Counted from the stretch's first letter, positions 1 through 9,334 are shown. The stretch: DNA of 26,219 bases from an uncultured Gammaproteobacteria bacterium (GCA_965652335.1 CBFGWJ010000001.1:1-26219), one strand, 5' to 3'. Notes: a model not told the origin generated them from the sequence alone. Translations and numbers: made by a program.

Positions 1-167
1 CCCACCTGGTACACGCGGTTTTCATAACTGTTGAGCGCCAGCAATCGGCCGTCGGTCAAAAGCCCGACGGATTCGATGGCCTGCAGCACGGTGTCCGGGT
101 CCAGCCGGTAGTAGGGCGTGAGCGCACTGGTGGGATGGTGTTCGTGGTGGTTGTGGTTCGGGTCCAT
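1..167 (-). CDS. srkA: Stress-response Ser/Thr kinase SrkA/RdoA (YihE), N-terminal fragment running off the window edge
   Basis: Not in the ORF track. Manual translation from the ATG at 167 gives MDPNHNHHEHHPTSALTPYYRLDPDTVLQAIESVGLLTDGRLLALNSYENRVYQVG. The L-x-PD and LNSYENRVYQ motifs are characteristic of RdoA/SrkA. Confidence 0.9.
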   Translation of the reverse strand, partial: MDPNHNHHEHHPTSALTPYYRLDPDTVLQAIESVGLLTDGRLLALNSYENRVYQV

Positions 168-372
168 CGGCGCATCATACCCGCGTTGCCAGGCCGAAAA
201 CCTGCAAACGTGAATCCGGCCTGCCAGCAGGACGGGATTCCAGTAGAATGCCCAGTTGAAAAACTGGCAGGCCCAACCCCACCAGAACCGGCATATCCCA
301 GGGCCCGGGTTCAAGCCGGCTCACTCACGGCTGACTGAGGCCCGCACCCCTTGCGGTCGGGCAGAAGGACTT

Positions 373-1191
373 ATGGCAAACGGTACCAAAAACCTCGCTT
401 TATTCTGTGATTTTGAAAACATCGCCCTGGGCGTACGCGACGCCAAATTCGCCCGCTTTGAAATTGAAGAAGTGCTCGAACGCCTGCTGGTCAAAGGCAA
501 TATCGTCGTCAAGAAGGCGTATTGCGACTGGGAGCGGTACAAGGACTTCAAAGCCGACATGCACGAAGCCTCGTTTGAGTTGATCGAGATTCCGCATGTG
601 CGGCAATCGGGCAAAAATTCGGCGGATATCCGCATGGTGGTGGACGCGCTCGACCTCTGCTACACCAAGTCCCACGTGGACAGTTTCGTGATCATTTCCG
701 GCGATTCAGACTTTTCACCGCTGGTTTCCAAGCTGCGCGAGAACAACAAGGAAGTGATTGGCGTGGGCGTGAAAAATTCCTCCTCCGACCTGCTGATCGC
801 CAACTGCGACGAGTTCATTTTTTACGATGACCTGGTGCGCGCCTCCGAAGCGCGGCGCAACCCGCGCAAGAAAAAGGCCGACAGGAAAGAACCGGAAGAG
901 AAATCCGGCGGCAGCGGTTCCACGGCAGATGCCCGCAATGAGCGGGCCGAGAAAGCCTTTGAACTGGTGATGGAAACCATCGACGACCTGTTCAGTGAGC
1001 GCGGCGATGAAGACAAGATCTGGGGCTCGATGGTCAAGCAGGCCCTGAAGCGCCGCAAGCCTGGTTTCAATGAGACCTACCACGGCTTCCGTTCCTTCGG
1101 CAAGCTGCTGGAAGAAATGCAGAACCGCAAAATGCTCACCATGGAGCACGACCAGAAATCCGGCGGTTACATCATCACCGGCGTCAACTAA
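373..1191 (+). CDS. NYN-domain protein (LabA/DUF88, PIN-like) with C-terminal OST-HTH/LOTUS domain
   Basis: Motifs FCDFENI, GKNSADIRMVVDALD and SGDSDF; C-terminal F-x-E-x-x-H-GF-x-SF-x-x-LL. Start moved from 256 to the ATG at 373, which has the RBS GAAGGA at 364-369. Confidence 0.9.
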   Translation: MANGTKNLALFCDFENIALGVRDAKFARFEIEEVLERLLVKGNIVVKKAYCDWERYKDFKADMHEASFELIEIPHVRQSGKNSADIRMVVDALDLCYTKSHVDSFVIISGDSDFSPLVSKLRENNKEVIGVGVKNSSSDLLIANCDEFIFYDDLVRASEARRNPRKKKADRKEPEEKSGGSGSTADARNERAEKAFELVMETIDDLFSERGDEDKIWGSMVKQALKRRKPGFNETYHGFRSFGKLLEEMQNRKMLTMEHDQKSGGYIITGVN

Positions 1192-1209
1192 AACGATGGA
1201 AGCCAGAAA

Positions 1210-1524
1210 GTGATTCGCCTGAGCGTGTTTTACACTATTCCCCCGGACGCCGATGAAGACCAGTACGTGGCATGGCGGTTGACCGCTCACCAGGACTACA
1301 TCAAGTCCATGCCTGGCGTCATACGCAGTGATTTCTGCCGTATCACCGACAGCTGGCCGGCCGAAACCGCCCTGAACTACCGGTTCATGTCGACCACCGA
1401 CTGGCCTGACCGGGAAAGCTATGAACGCGCCTTCCTCAACGACCAGGCCCAGGCGGACTTGCGCGAAAACCTCAGGAAGCTGGGTTCCTACGTCTTTACC
1501 GTAAGCGAAGTCCTGTCACATTAG
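1210..1524 (+). CDS. EthD-like dimeric alpha/beta-barrel protein
   Basis: 104 aa with the pattern of EthD/DABB proteins (W..AH..YIKSMPGV, later W.DRESYE.AF). It starts 18 bp after the NYN gene on the same strand. Confidence 0.6.
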   Translation: MIRLSVFYTIPPDADEDQYVAWRLTAHQDYIKSMPGVIRSDFCRITDSWPAETALNYRFMSTTDWPDRESYERAFLNDQAQADLRENLRKLGSYVFTVSEVLSH

Positions 1525-1544
1525 CGAGCGTTGACGCCTGGCAC

Positions 1545-2531
1545 TCACCAATGATCGACCAGGGTCGGCCAGCTTTCCATACCATCACCTTGAGTTTTCC
1601 TCGTCCAGAGATATTGAGCCGGGCGTGGTGGCGAAGGGCAATCCGCAGTTGTCCCCTGGCCTGATGTCTTCACCTTCAGTTCTGTTGCGAATGAATTGGC
1701 TGTCAGCTGAGTGATGCCATGGCTCTGATTGTGATCGACGTAGTTAACCTGGGAGATGAACACCACATAGTCATTCCCGGGCTTGAGTGTCATGGCCGGC
1801 ACGGTGGCTGACGTATCATTGAAGTCGACAAAATCCTCGTCGGTACCCGGTGCGCCGCCGGTGTAAACGACATCGCCACGGCAGTCGGAAACCAGCACGA
1901 ATATGAGGTCATCCCATTCGGTTCCTTCCAGGGTGGCACCGATGCTGAAAGGATCCCAGGACACGACCAGGGGCAAATCGGCATCCAGTTCCATCACGTT
2001 ATCAACCGGCGCACCGTTCTGATGCAGGCGAATGGTGCTGACCGGAGGAATCTGGGTCTTTCCTTCAGGGCCGCCAATCCGCACCGGGTCGAGCGTGAAA
2101 TGGCCGTTAGGTCCTTCGATCTCCCAGACATAGGTTTGCGTGGGTGAATGAACGGTTTCAAGGCTTGCCAGGTCATCGAAAGACCGGGTCTTGCGGGTGT
2201 AGAAATAGCCATTGGTAAACGCCCGCTTGTCCTTCCCGCCGTAGTCAGCCAGTGAGTCCATAGTGTCGCCGCGATACAGGGTTGCGGAAATGGCATCAAA
2301 ATCCCGCTCACTGTCAAAAATGATTTCTGCCAGGAAATGGACATCCGTCAGGTGCAACTGCCCTTCCTGGTTTTGTTCGTAGGTCAGGTATTTTTCAACC
2401 CAGGTCATGGTCACATCGGGGCTCTGGGTTGTGCCGGCAGTACCATCCTGTGCTTCGGCCTGAAAAGGCACCTGGCAGAGTGACGCCAGCACCAGCAGAG
2501 AGGTTGTTCGCAAGTTTCCTGACAGGTTCAT
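1545..2531 (-). CDS. Hypothetical secreted protein (signal peptide, acidic, beta-rich)
   Basis: 328-aa ORF with RBS GGAGGA (reverse complement of 2541-2546) and an N-terminal hydrophobic stretch ending AEA-Q. It starts 39 bp downstream of the ALDH stop. No family recognised. Confidence 0.75.
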   Translation of the reverse strand: MNLSGNLRTTSLLVLASLCQVPFQAEAQDGTAGTTQSPDVTMTWVEKYLTYEQNQEGQLHLTDVHFLAEIIFDSERDFDAISATLYRGDTMDSLADYGGKDKRAFTNGYFYTRKTRSFDDLASLETVHSPTQTYVWEIEGPNGHFTLDPVRIGGPEGKTQIPPVSTIRLHQNGAPVDNVMELDADLPLVVSWDPFSIGATLEGTEWDDLIFVLVSDCRGDVVYTGGAPGTDEDFVDFNDTSATVPAMTLKPGNDYVVFISQVNYVDHNQSHGITQLTANSFATELKVKTSGQGTTADCPSPPRPAQYLWTRKTQGDGMESWPTLVDHW

Positions 2532-2570
2532 GGCGTCTGTTCCTCCAGTGTTTGACGGGTTGCAGGGCAG

Positions 2571-4157
2571 TTACTGCAGAGCCGGCAGGGTCCAGCCGGC
2601 GGTGAGGTCACCCTCATCAAAAACGATCTCCCGGTGGCCGCTCCAGGTGCTGATGATGGCTTCCGGCGTGCCGATTCCCGCCGCACGGGGATCACCACAA
2701 GGGCCGAACCAATGGTTCTGCGGCGCTCCGGTGGTACGGGCGCGCATGCCGCAGTAAGTGGTTCCGTTCACGGTGGCGGCCAGGATGCGGTTCTGGAATG
2801 CGACGTCGGCGCTGACCACCGCTGCGGTGAGGTGATGCGACATGTCTTCCAGGAGTTGCAGCACCTGCGGTAGATCACGGCCTGAATAACTGGCCACTAT
2901 TTGAAAGGGGCCAAACAACTCCGTGGTCAGGACATCAAAATAACCACCCTGCAGCTGCGACAAGGGAACACTGACAGCGGTAGGTTCATACGCGGCATAG
3001 CACCCGGGTACCGAATGGCCCTGCAGCGGCGAACCTCCAAACAGCAATTTGCTGCCCGGCACCTGCAGGACGGCATCGATGTGGGCCTGCACCTCGCCAT
3101 TGGTCAGTGACAACAGAGGTCCGTTGCTGAGATCCTCCAGGCCGCGGCGACCCGCCAGGCTTTTCAGGCGCGGCAACAGTGCCGTCTCCCAGTTTTCGTG
3201 CACCAGCAGGAGGCTTTGCGCCGAGCACTTCTGCCCAGCTGCGTTGTAGGCGTCCTCATCGCACTGCCAGGCCACATAGTCCAGCCATTTCCCGTCAAAG
3301 TCCGGCCCGATGACTTTCCAGTCGAAACCCGCGTCTTCGATGCGCACCCGGCCGTTCACGCTGGCCGATACGGATTCGGCCACCGTGCTGGACCCGGTGA
3401 ACTGGATCATGCGGATCTGCTCCGACGCGGAATGTATCAGGTTGCCCATGCGCTCGCCGCGGCAGTGGATCAGATCGATGTCACCAGGCGGCAGGCCGCA
3501 ATGGATCAGAAGCCGCAGGAACTGCTCAAACACGATGCTGACTTTGGAATCCACTTTCACCAGCGGCCGGTTGCCCATGAACAGGGCTCCGAGCGCCTGC
3601 AAAGCGGGTATCTCGAGCGGAAAATTGAACGGGGCGATCACCACCACCGGCCCGTAAGGCCAGCGGTAGCCGCGGGATTCCTGTCCGGTCCGGTCTCCCG
3701 GGTTGGAAAAGCCCCGGCCGAGGAAACGAACGCCATCGCCACTGAAATTTTCCAGGAAGACTCGGGTGACGATGACTTCATTCACGCATTGCTGGCGGCT
3801 CTTGGGCATGACCCGCTGGACCAGACGGACAAAGAACTCTTCAATTGCAGGTTCGGCGAGGCTCGCAGCTGCGCGGGCGCAGACTTTTCCCAACAGGACA
3901 TAACGTTCCGTATTCTTGAACGGATTGTGCAGGCCGGATTTCGGGCAGCTGATCAGCCCCTGCAGGAAGGGCGCGGCATCGCGCGTATCAGGCACTTCGA
4001 GGAAGTGCTCCCCGTTCAGCGGATCGACAATGTCGTCCCGCCAGGTACCGGCGGCGTTCCACTCACCATTCACCAGGTTCAGGCATTGGCCGGGGCTCCG
4101 CCCGGTCATGCCGTTCACCGGATCGACGGTGGCAAAAGCAGCGACAGGGTCACTCAT
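2571..4157 (-). CDS. Aldehyde dehydrogenase of the ALDH12 family (plant-type delta-1-pyrroline-5-carboxylate / glutamate-5-semialdehyde dehydrogenase)
   Basis: ALDH catalytic motifs PFNFP, QFTGS, EDAG, GQKCSA and ELFGP. ALDH12-type blocks RWPYGP, LEDAGFDWK-like IEDAGFDWK, DYVAWQC and RTTGAPQNHWFGP.GDPR.AGIGTPEAI. The start is the ATG at 4157 or the TTG at 4160. Confidence 0.88.
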   Translation of the reverse strand: MSDPVAAFATVDPVNGMTGRSPGQCLNLVNGEWNAAGTWRDDIVDPLNGEHFLEVPDTRDAAPFLQGLISCPKSGLHNPFKNTERYVLLGKVCARAAASLAEPAIEEFFVRLVQRVMPKSRQQCVNEVIVTRVFLENFSGDGVRFLGRGFSNPGDRTGQESRGYRWPYGPVVVIAPFNFPLEIPALQALGALFMGNRPLVKVDSKVSIVFEQFLRLLIHCGLPPGDIDLIHCRGERMGNLIHSASEQIRMIQFTGSSTVAESVSASVNGRVRIEDAGFDWKVIGPDFDGKWLDYVAWQCDEDAYNAAGQKCSAQSLLLVHENWETALLPRLKSLAGRRGLEDLSNGPLLSLTNGEVQAHIDAVLQVPGSKLLFGGSPLQGHSVPGCYAAYEPTAVSVPLSQLQGGYFDVLTTELFGPFQIVASYSGRDLPQVLQLLEDMSHHLTAAVVSADVAFQNRILAATVNGTTYCGMRARTTGAPQNHWFGPCGDPRAAGIGTPEAIISTWSGHREIVFDEGDLTAGWTLPALQ

Positions 4158-4431
4158 CAAAACACGACTCCGAATAAAAGCATGAACGAAGGAACCCGCA
4201 AATCACAGGTGAACCGGGCGCGACTGTTGCTGCTGGATGTTCCGCAGGCGATCGCGATTCGATGCTCATACTAATGGCAGCGGAAGCCCTTCGCGATGAG
4301 CTTGTCAGCAAGCCGACTTCATTTATTTCTGATCTTAAAAGCCCTGCCGTACCGGTAACATCCATCGCTGATCCCTGACCACCAGGAAATCTGTGATACT
4401 GCCGTAACCCACCCCGTCAGGAGCCCAGGCC

Positions 4432-5640
4432 ATGAACCCAAGAATTCTCTGCATCCTGGCACTGGGTATGGTGGCCAATGTGTATATTCCCGCGGCGCCC
4501 TCGATACTGGGGGCGCTGGTCGACTACCAGGGCTGGTCCGAAAGCGCGGCGGGGCAACTCATCGCCTTCAATTTCTGGGGTGGCGCTGTTGCTACGGTGC
4601 TGGCCGTGTACTTCCTGCACCGCCCGGGCTGGAGCCTGCGGCTCACCATGTTGGCTTGTTTGCTGACGGTTGCACTTACCAGTGCGGGCTCGGTCTGGTT
4701 TGCCAGCAGCTTTGAATGGCTTGCTGCCGTCCGCTTCCTCAATGGCATGGGCGCCGGCCTGGGTTTTACCGTGGCTTCGGTTGCCCTGGTTGGCACGCCG
4801 CGGGCAGAGCGGTCCTATGCCCTGTTGTACGGGTCGCCGTTCGTGATCAGCGGCGCTGCGCTGGCCGGCCTGCCTCATGTCTACCAGGCGTTCGGCATCG
4901 AAGGCGCGTTTTACGGCATGGGTGCGTTGAACCTCCTGGCCTGCGCAGGGCTGCGATATTTTCCGGCAACCGTGAGCGGCAGCGTGGAGGGGGAAAAGGC
5001 CGACCAGCCGCTGGTGCTGCAATCGCTTTACCTGCTTCCCGGCCTGGTGTTGGCAGCGTTGTTCCTGCACTACGTATTCAACTCGGGAATCTGGACCTAC
5101 TTTGAAAGGCTGGGGGTTGCCTACGGAATGTCGGCGGCGACCGCCGGTACGATACTGGGACCGAGCATGTCCGCATCGATCCTCGGCATGATTGCAGCGG
5201 CTGTCCTCGGAGACCGTTTTGGTTACCTGAAGCCCATTTACTTTGGTACAGCGCTCATCACACTGGCAACGCTGTCCCTGTTGTTTTCGCGGTACGAAGC
5301 GGTTTTTGGCCTGGGCACGGCGCTTTTCAATGCCAGCATCCCTTTTGTCACGCCTTACTTCATCGTCCTGCTGGCAAAAATCGTTCCTTCCGGCCGCGGT
5401 GTATCCTCGGCAAACGTGGCCACGCTGCTGGGCTTTTCGGCTGGCCCTTTCCTGGTTTCATTCCTGCTCAGCGACTCCGACTTCAAGCCCGCCATTTTCC
5501 TCACGGCGGCCGGGTTCCTGGTGGTGCTGGGACTGATGACTCTATTCGCCTACAAGCTCAAGGCGGAGACCAGGGGAAATGCCGAGCTGAAGATCCTGTC
5601 AGGCAATCCGCGGGGAGGACATGAAGCCAAGAGCCACTGA
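4432..5640 (+). CDS. Major facilitator superfamily transporter
   Basis: 402 aa with about 12 hydrophobic segments, motif A-like GDRFGY in the C-terminal half, RFLNGMGAG in the N-terminal half, and RBS AGGAG at 4419-4423. Confidence 0.88.
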   Translation: MNPRILCILALGMVANVYIPAAPSILGALVDYQGWSESAAGQLIAFNFWGGAVATVLAVYFLHRPGWSLRLTMLACLLTVALTSAGSVWFASSFEWLAAVRFLNGMGAGLGFTVASVALVGTPRAERSYALLYGSPFVISGAALAGLPHVYQAFGIEGAFYGMGALNLLACAGLRYFPATVSGSVEGEKADQPLVLQSLYLLPGLVLAALFLHYVFNSGIWTYFERLGVAYGMSAATAGTILGPSMSASILGMIAAAVLGDRFGYLKPIYFGTALITLATLSLLFSRYEAVFGLGTALFNASIPFVTPYFIVLLAKIVPSGRGVSSANVATLLGFSAGPFLVSFLLSDSDFKPAIFLTAAGFLVVLGLMTLFAYKLKAETRGNAELKILSGNPRGGHEAKSH

Positions 5641-5658
5641 GGCCTTTGCTCAAACCAT

Positions 5659-6741
5659 TCAGTCGAGCTTGACGATACCATTTCTCACGATTTCCCGGTC
5701 ATCTACCCGGACGGTCGGGCGAAGCACCTGTACATCCCAGTGGACCGATGATTTCGAGGTGCGGAAATCCGCCCCGACAAACGGTGCCAGCAAGCTGTTG
5801 TCGCCAATGCCGAACACCATGCCGCCGCGCACGCGCTCCCATTCCAGGTGCTCGGTCAGGCGGGCATGGCGGCTGAGCCCGATGTTGGCGTGGATGGGAC
5901 CGTTGCGGCAACCTCCGTCATTGACCTCATCCAGCCAGCCTTCGAGCCGGTGCGCAATATACGGGTCGCCGCTGATGTGGGTGATCTGCCCGGCCTCGAC
6001 GGTAAGCATCACCGGCTGCCTGGGAATGTGATGCACATTCTCATAGAGGAACAGGCCATCCAGGGCCAGTACGCCATCACCCCTGCCTTGCGGAATCACC
6101 ACGCCCGGAGTGGCGCCCGGCGTGAACTGGTAGTTGGATACCCAATCATTCGATTCGCGATCCCACAGGAACCCGTCGAAGCTGTCGCCCTTCAGGTCAC
6201 TGATATCAACCGTGTAGTCCGTTCCTTCTTTTGACGTGACATGCAGGGTTTTGCCCACGGTCATTATGGCTGCCGCCGCCAGCGCCTCCTTGCGGATGGT
6301 GAACGGGTCATCCAGCAGCAGGCAGCGGATGAGCGAATCATCCATATGCGGCGCACCGGTGGCATCACCCGGGCCGATGATCCGGGCCCGGCCGCGCTGC
6401 ACGATTTTGACCATGAAGTCGGCATAACCAATGGCCATATCCACCACCAGGTCTGCATGCTCCGCCGCTGCCAGGATGGCGCTGGAAAAAAGCGGGTCCC
6501 AGGTAAAGCCGGGTTGGTAGGCCGGGTGTGGCCCCATCGGTACGCGCATTTCCAGCACTTCGGCATTGAACTGCATGGCAACGCCGGCAAAAGCCGTGGT
6601 GATGTGCTGGGGCGTGTGGGAATCGCTGATGATGAGCACGCGCCATCCCGGCTGGAGATTGCATTGCTCGCGGAATATAAAATGAATCGCCTTGAGCAAT
6701 TCGGGCCTGAGATTGACGCTGACATCAGAATATTCAGCCAT
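5659..6741 (-). CDS. Peptidase M29-fold metalloprotein, NicX (2,5-dihydroxypyridine dioxygenase)-like, paralog 1
   Basis: 360 aa with RBS GAGGA. Motifs VLIISD, ADLVVD, LHVTS..GTD, G.L.LDG, LTVE.G.IT.I.G, GPIHANIG and VHWD...P..VDD..IV..G fit the M29/NicX fold. The fold call is more secure than the activity. Confidence 0.7.
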   Translation of the reverse strand: MAEYSDVSVNLRPELLKAIHFIFREQCNLQPGWRVLIISDSHTPQHITTAFAGVAMQFNAEVLEMRVPMGPHPAYQPGFTWDPLFSSAILAAAEHADLVVDMAIGYADFMVKIVQRGRARIIGPGDATGAPHMDDSLIRCLLLDDPFTIRKEALAAAAIMTVGKTLHVTSKEGTDYTVDISDLKGDSFDGFLWDRESNDWVSNYQFTPGATPGVVIPQGRGDGVLALDGLFLYENVHHIPRQPVMLTVEAGQITHISGDPYIAHRLEGWLDEVNDGGCRNGPIHANIGLSRHARLTEHLEWERVRGGMVFGIGDNSLLAPFVGADFRTSKSSVHWDVQVLRPTVRVDDREIVRNGIVKLD

Positions 6742-6955
6742 GAACGGGATTCCTCGGTTGCAAACACGGCATCAGGGCAGCATGGAACGCAAAAGTGCCT
6801 CAGCCCCTGCTTTGCTGGCTATTCAGATTCTCAAATGTAAGCATGGCAAAAAACAGATTTACCACCAGCCGGGCTGTCGCTAGCTTATCAACATCCACAA
6901 TTTTTGTTGTCCCGGCAAATCATTCGAAAATGCGAACATGACTGGACCCATCAAT

Positions 6956-9334
6956 ATGACCAAAAAAACACCCCTGGCCCTGGCTGTTGCCATGGCCCTC
7001 CAGCCTGCGCTGGTGAGCGCTGCCGATGAAACCATGCTGGAAGAGATCATCGTGACGGCGTCCCGCCGGTCGCAGTCTGTCCAGGATATTCCCTACAATA
7101 TTTCCGCGATTTCAGCCGATCAGCTGGCTGCTGCCGGAATCACATCATCCAGCGAGCTGGTACGGCTGGTTCCCGGCCTCAACCTGGTGGATGAAGGCCC
7201 CAGGGTTTCCGGCAACCGCAACAACTTCAATATTCGCGGCCTGAACGTCAACGCCAGCAATAACAGCGACGATAATCCGGAGATCAGCCAGGCAACCGTT
7301 TCCACTTACCTCGGCGAAGTGCCGATGTACTTTCCATTGAAGCTGGTCGATCTCGAGCGGGTTGAAGTGCTGCGCGGACCCCAGGGAACGCTTTATGGTG
7401 CCGGTTCAGTGGGTGGAACCATCCGCTTCATTCCGAAGAAGGCCGAATTCGATCGCCGGACGGTGGAGCTCAATGCCGAGCTGTCCAGTACCGATCACGC
7501 CGGTGATCTTTCCTGGGATGCCAATGTGATCGCCAACCTGCCGCTGTCGGAGCGGGCTGCGTTTCGCGGCAGTGTGGGACGCGAGTACCTTTCCGGATTC
7601 ATCGACGCCATCGGCCTGATCGAGCAGACCGGCACGCCACGGCATCCCGGTGATATCGTGCTGGCGGACCCGGATGACATCCTGGGCAGCGGTACTGTTC
7701 CCGCTGCGCCCATCAAGGATTCAAACGAAGCCGAGCGCACCTACGCCCGCGCCAGCTTCCTGTTTGATGTCAACGACGCGGTGGAAATCGGCCTCAACTA
7801 CAACTACCAGAAAGTGAAAGCGGACAACCGCTACGAAGACAATCCCTTTTTCGGTTCCGGCGCCGAGTACGTGACCTACAAGGCTTTCACCGATCCGCAG
7901 GATGCGGAAGTTTCATTGCTGGACCTCGAAGTGGAGGCCGACCTCGGCTTTGCCCGGCTGACATCCTCATCAGCCTACTCAAACATTGATATTTACAGCG
8001 TTTCCGACTCCTCCGGCTTTTTGCGCACCAACCTGCCACAGTACTATTTCGGCAATCCGCGGCTTTATGCGCCGTTGCAGCGCGACCAGGATGTGAAAAC
8101 CTTTACGCAGGAATTGCGCCTCACGTCACAGGATGACGGGCCCATCGAGTGGGTTGCCGGCCTGTTCTACCTGCACAAGGAGCTGGATTTCACCATGCTG
8201 CAGATAGCTTCCGGCGCCAGTGATTACACCAATGCCTATTTCGGCACGCCGGAGCCGGTGGATTTCACCGATGTGCTCGCCCGTGGCGGCGCCAACCAGA
8301 CGTTCACCGACCTTGCGGGCTTCGGTGAACTGACCTGGCATGTCACCGAAAAATGGCAACTCACCGGTGGCCTGAGGGTGTTCAGCCAGGAACTCAGTGG
8401 CTCCGCGGGTATTCCCCTTCCGTATGCCTCCCGTACGCTCGAGTATTACTACTACGGCACCGCGACGGATGATTTCCTGCTTGGCGGGATCAACCCCACC
8501 AATTACGAGGCCGATGACCACGTCATCAAACTCAATACCTCCTACGATATTTCCGACAATGCCATGCTGTTCGCAACCTACGCCGAAGGCTTCAGGGCGG
8601 GCGGCGCGAACCAGTTGCCTGAAACCGACCCCTTCGGCAACGATAACCGGCCGTTCCTGAAGTTCGATCCGGACGTGGTGAAAAACTACGAGGCCGGCAT
8701 CAAAGGCGTGCTGGATTCACGGTTCAGTTACACACTGACCGGATTCTATGAGGACTGGAAGGATTTCCAGGCTTCACTGGTTTCACCGTTCGGCATCAAC
8801 TACGTGGACAACGTGCCGGCCGCCGAATCCAAGGGTATCGAGTTCGAATTGCAGGGCCGGGTGACGGACCAGTTCGACTTCAGCCTGGGCTATACCTATG
8901 TGGATGCCGAGGTTGCTGAATCATTCCTTTTCGTCGAGGGTGATCCCACCTCGGAAATCCCCAAGGGCAACCGGCTGCCCGGCGGAGCGGAGCACGAATG
9001 GTTTGTTGCGGCGAACTACTCGATTCCCCTTAGTGCCTCGGAGCTCATCCTGCATGCGGATTCTTCATATCGCAGCGAAGTTCTGAGCAACTTCAGGGAC
9101 CTGCCGCAGGTTCCGGCCATGAGCTTCACTGAGTTTGATTCATTCACCTTGTTCAATGCGGCGGTTACCTGGGTAAGGGATGACTACAGCATTTCCCTGT
9201 TCGGCAGCAACCTGAGCAATGAGCGCGGCACTTCGTCTGCAAGCACGGCAAGTTTTTACGGCGAGCGTGACCAGGGCTGGGGCGTCATACGTCCTCGCAC
9301 GTTTGGCGTGCGCCTGAACTGGCGTTTTGAGTGA
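6956..9334 (+). CDS. TonB-dependent outer-membrane receptor
   Basis: Signal peptide MTKKTPLALAVAMAL, TonB box EEIIVTAS, plug motif VEVLRGPQGTLYG, and C-terminal PRTFGVRLNWRF. An alternative start lies at 6938. Confidence 0.95.
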   Translation: MTKKTPLALAVAMALQPALVSAADETMLEEIIVTASRRSQSVQDIPYNISAISADQLAAAGITSSSELVRLVPGLNLVDEGPRVSGNRNNFNIRGLNVNASNNSDDNPEISQATVSTYLGEVPMYFPLKLVDLERVEVLRGPQGTLYGAGSVGGTIRFIPKKAEFDRRTVELNAELSSTDHAGDLSWDANVIANLPLSERAAFRGSVGREYLSGFIDAIGLIEQTGTPRHPGDIVLADPDDILGSGTVPAAPIKDSNEAERTYARASFLFDVNDAVEIGLNYNYQKVKADNRYEDNPFFGSGAEYVTYKAFTDPQDAEVSLLDLEVEADLGFARLTSSSAYSNIDIYSVSDSSGFLRTNLPQYYFGNPRLYAPLQRDQDVKTFTQELRLTSQDDGPIEWVAGLFYLHKELDFTMLQIASGASDYTNAYFGTPEPVDFTDVLARGGANQTFTDLAGFGELTWHVTEKWQLTGGLRVFSQELSGSAGIPLPYASRTLEYYYYGTATDDFLLGGINPTNYEADDHVIKLNTSYDISDNAMLFATYAEGFRAGGANQLPETDPFGNDNRPFLKFDPDVVKNYEAGIKGVLDSRFSYTLTGFYEDWKDFQASLVSPFGINYVDNVPAAESKGIEFELQGRVTDQFDFSLGYTYVDAEVAESFLFVEGDPTSEIPKGNRLPGGAEHEWFVAANYSIPLSASELILHADSSYRSEVLSNFRDLPQVPAMSFTEFDSFTLFNAAVTWVRDDYSISLFGSNLSNERGTSSASTASFYGERDQGWGVIRPRTFGVRLNWRFE

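Noticed and set aside
256-372. N-terminal extensions in the ORF track (also 14664, 19225, 22507, 24522, 24559, 24693)
   Set aside because: Family similarity, signal peptides or RBS evidence begin at downstream starts, and several extensions overlap neighbouring genes.
1-1191. SrkA plus NYN as a toxin-antitoxin or defence pair
   Set aside because: They are divergent, both are widespread housekeeping-type families, and nothing in the sequence links them beyond adjacency.
3198-4274. 358-aa plus-strand ORF, and similarly long ORFs 20192..22360, 18463..19725, 17779..18384, 22720..23577 and 4417..5070
   Set aside because: They lie antisense to well-supported genes, have no recognisable motifs, and are typical shadows of high-GC coding sequence.
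5659-6741. Calling the M29-fold paralogs leucyl aminopeptidases, or assigning the symbol nicX
   Set aside because: The aminopeptidase Glu/His ligand motifs are replaced, and similarity to NicX is motif-level only with no nic pathway context.
6885-6896. Shared TTATCAA(C)ATCC at 6885-6896 and 12064-12074 as a LysR site
   Set aside because: Only two gapped, non-palindromic instances, which chance can explain.
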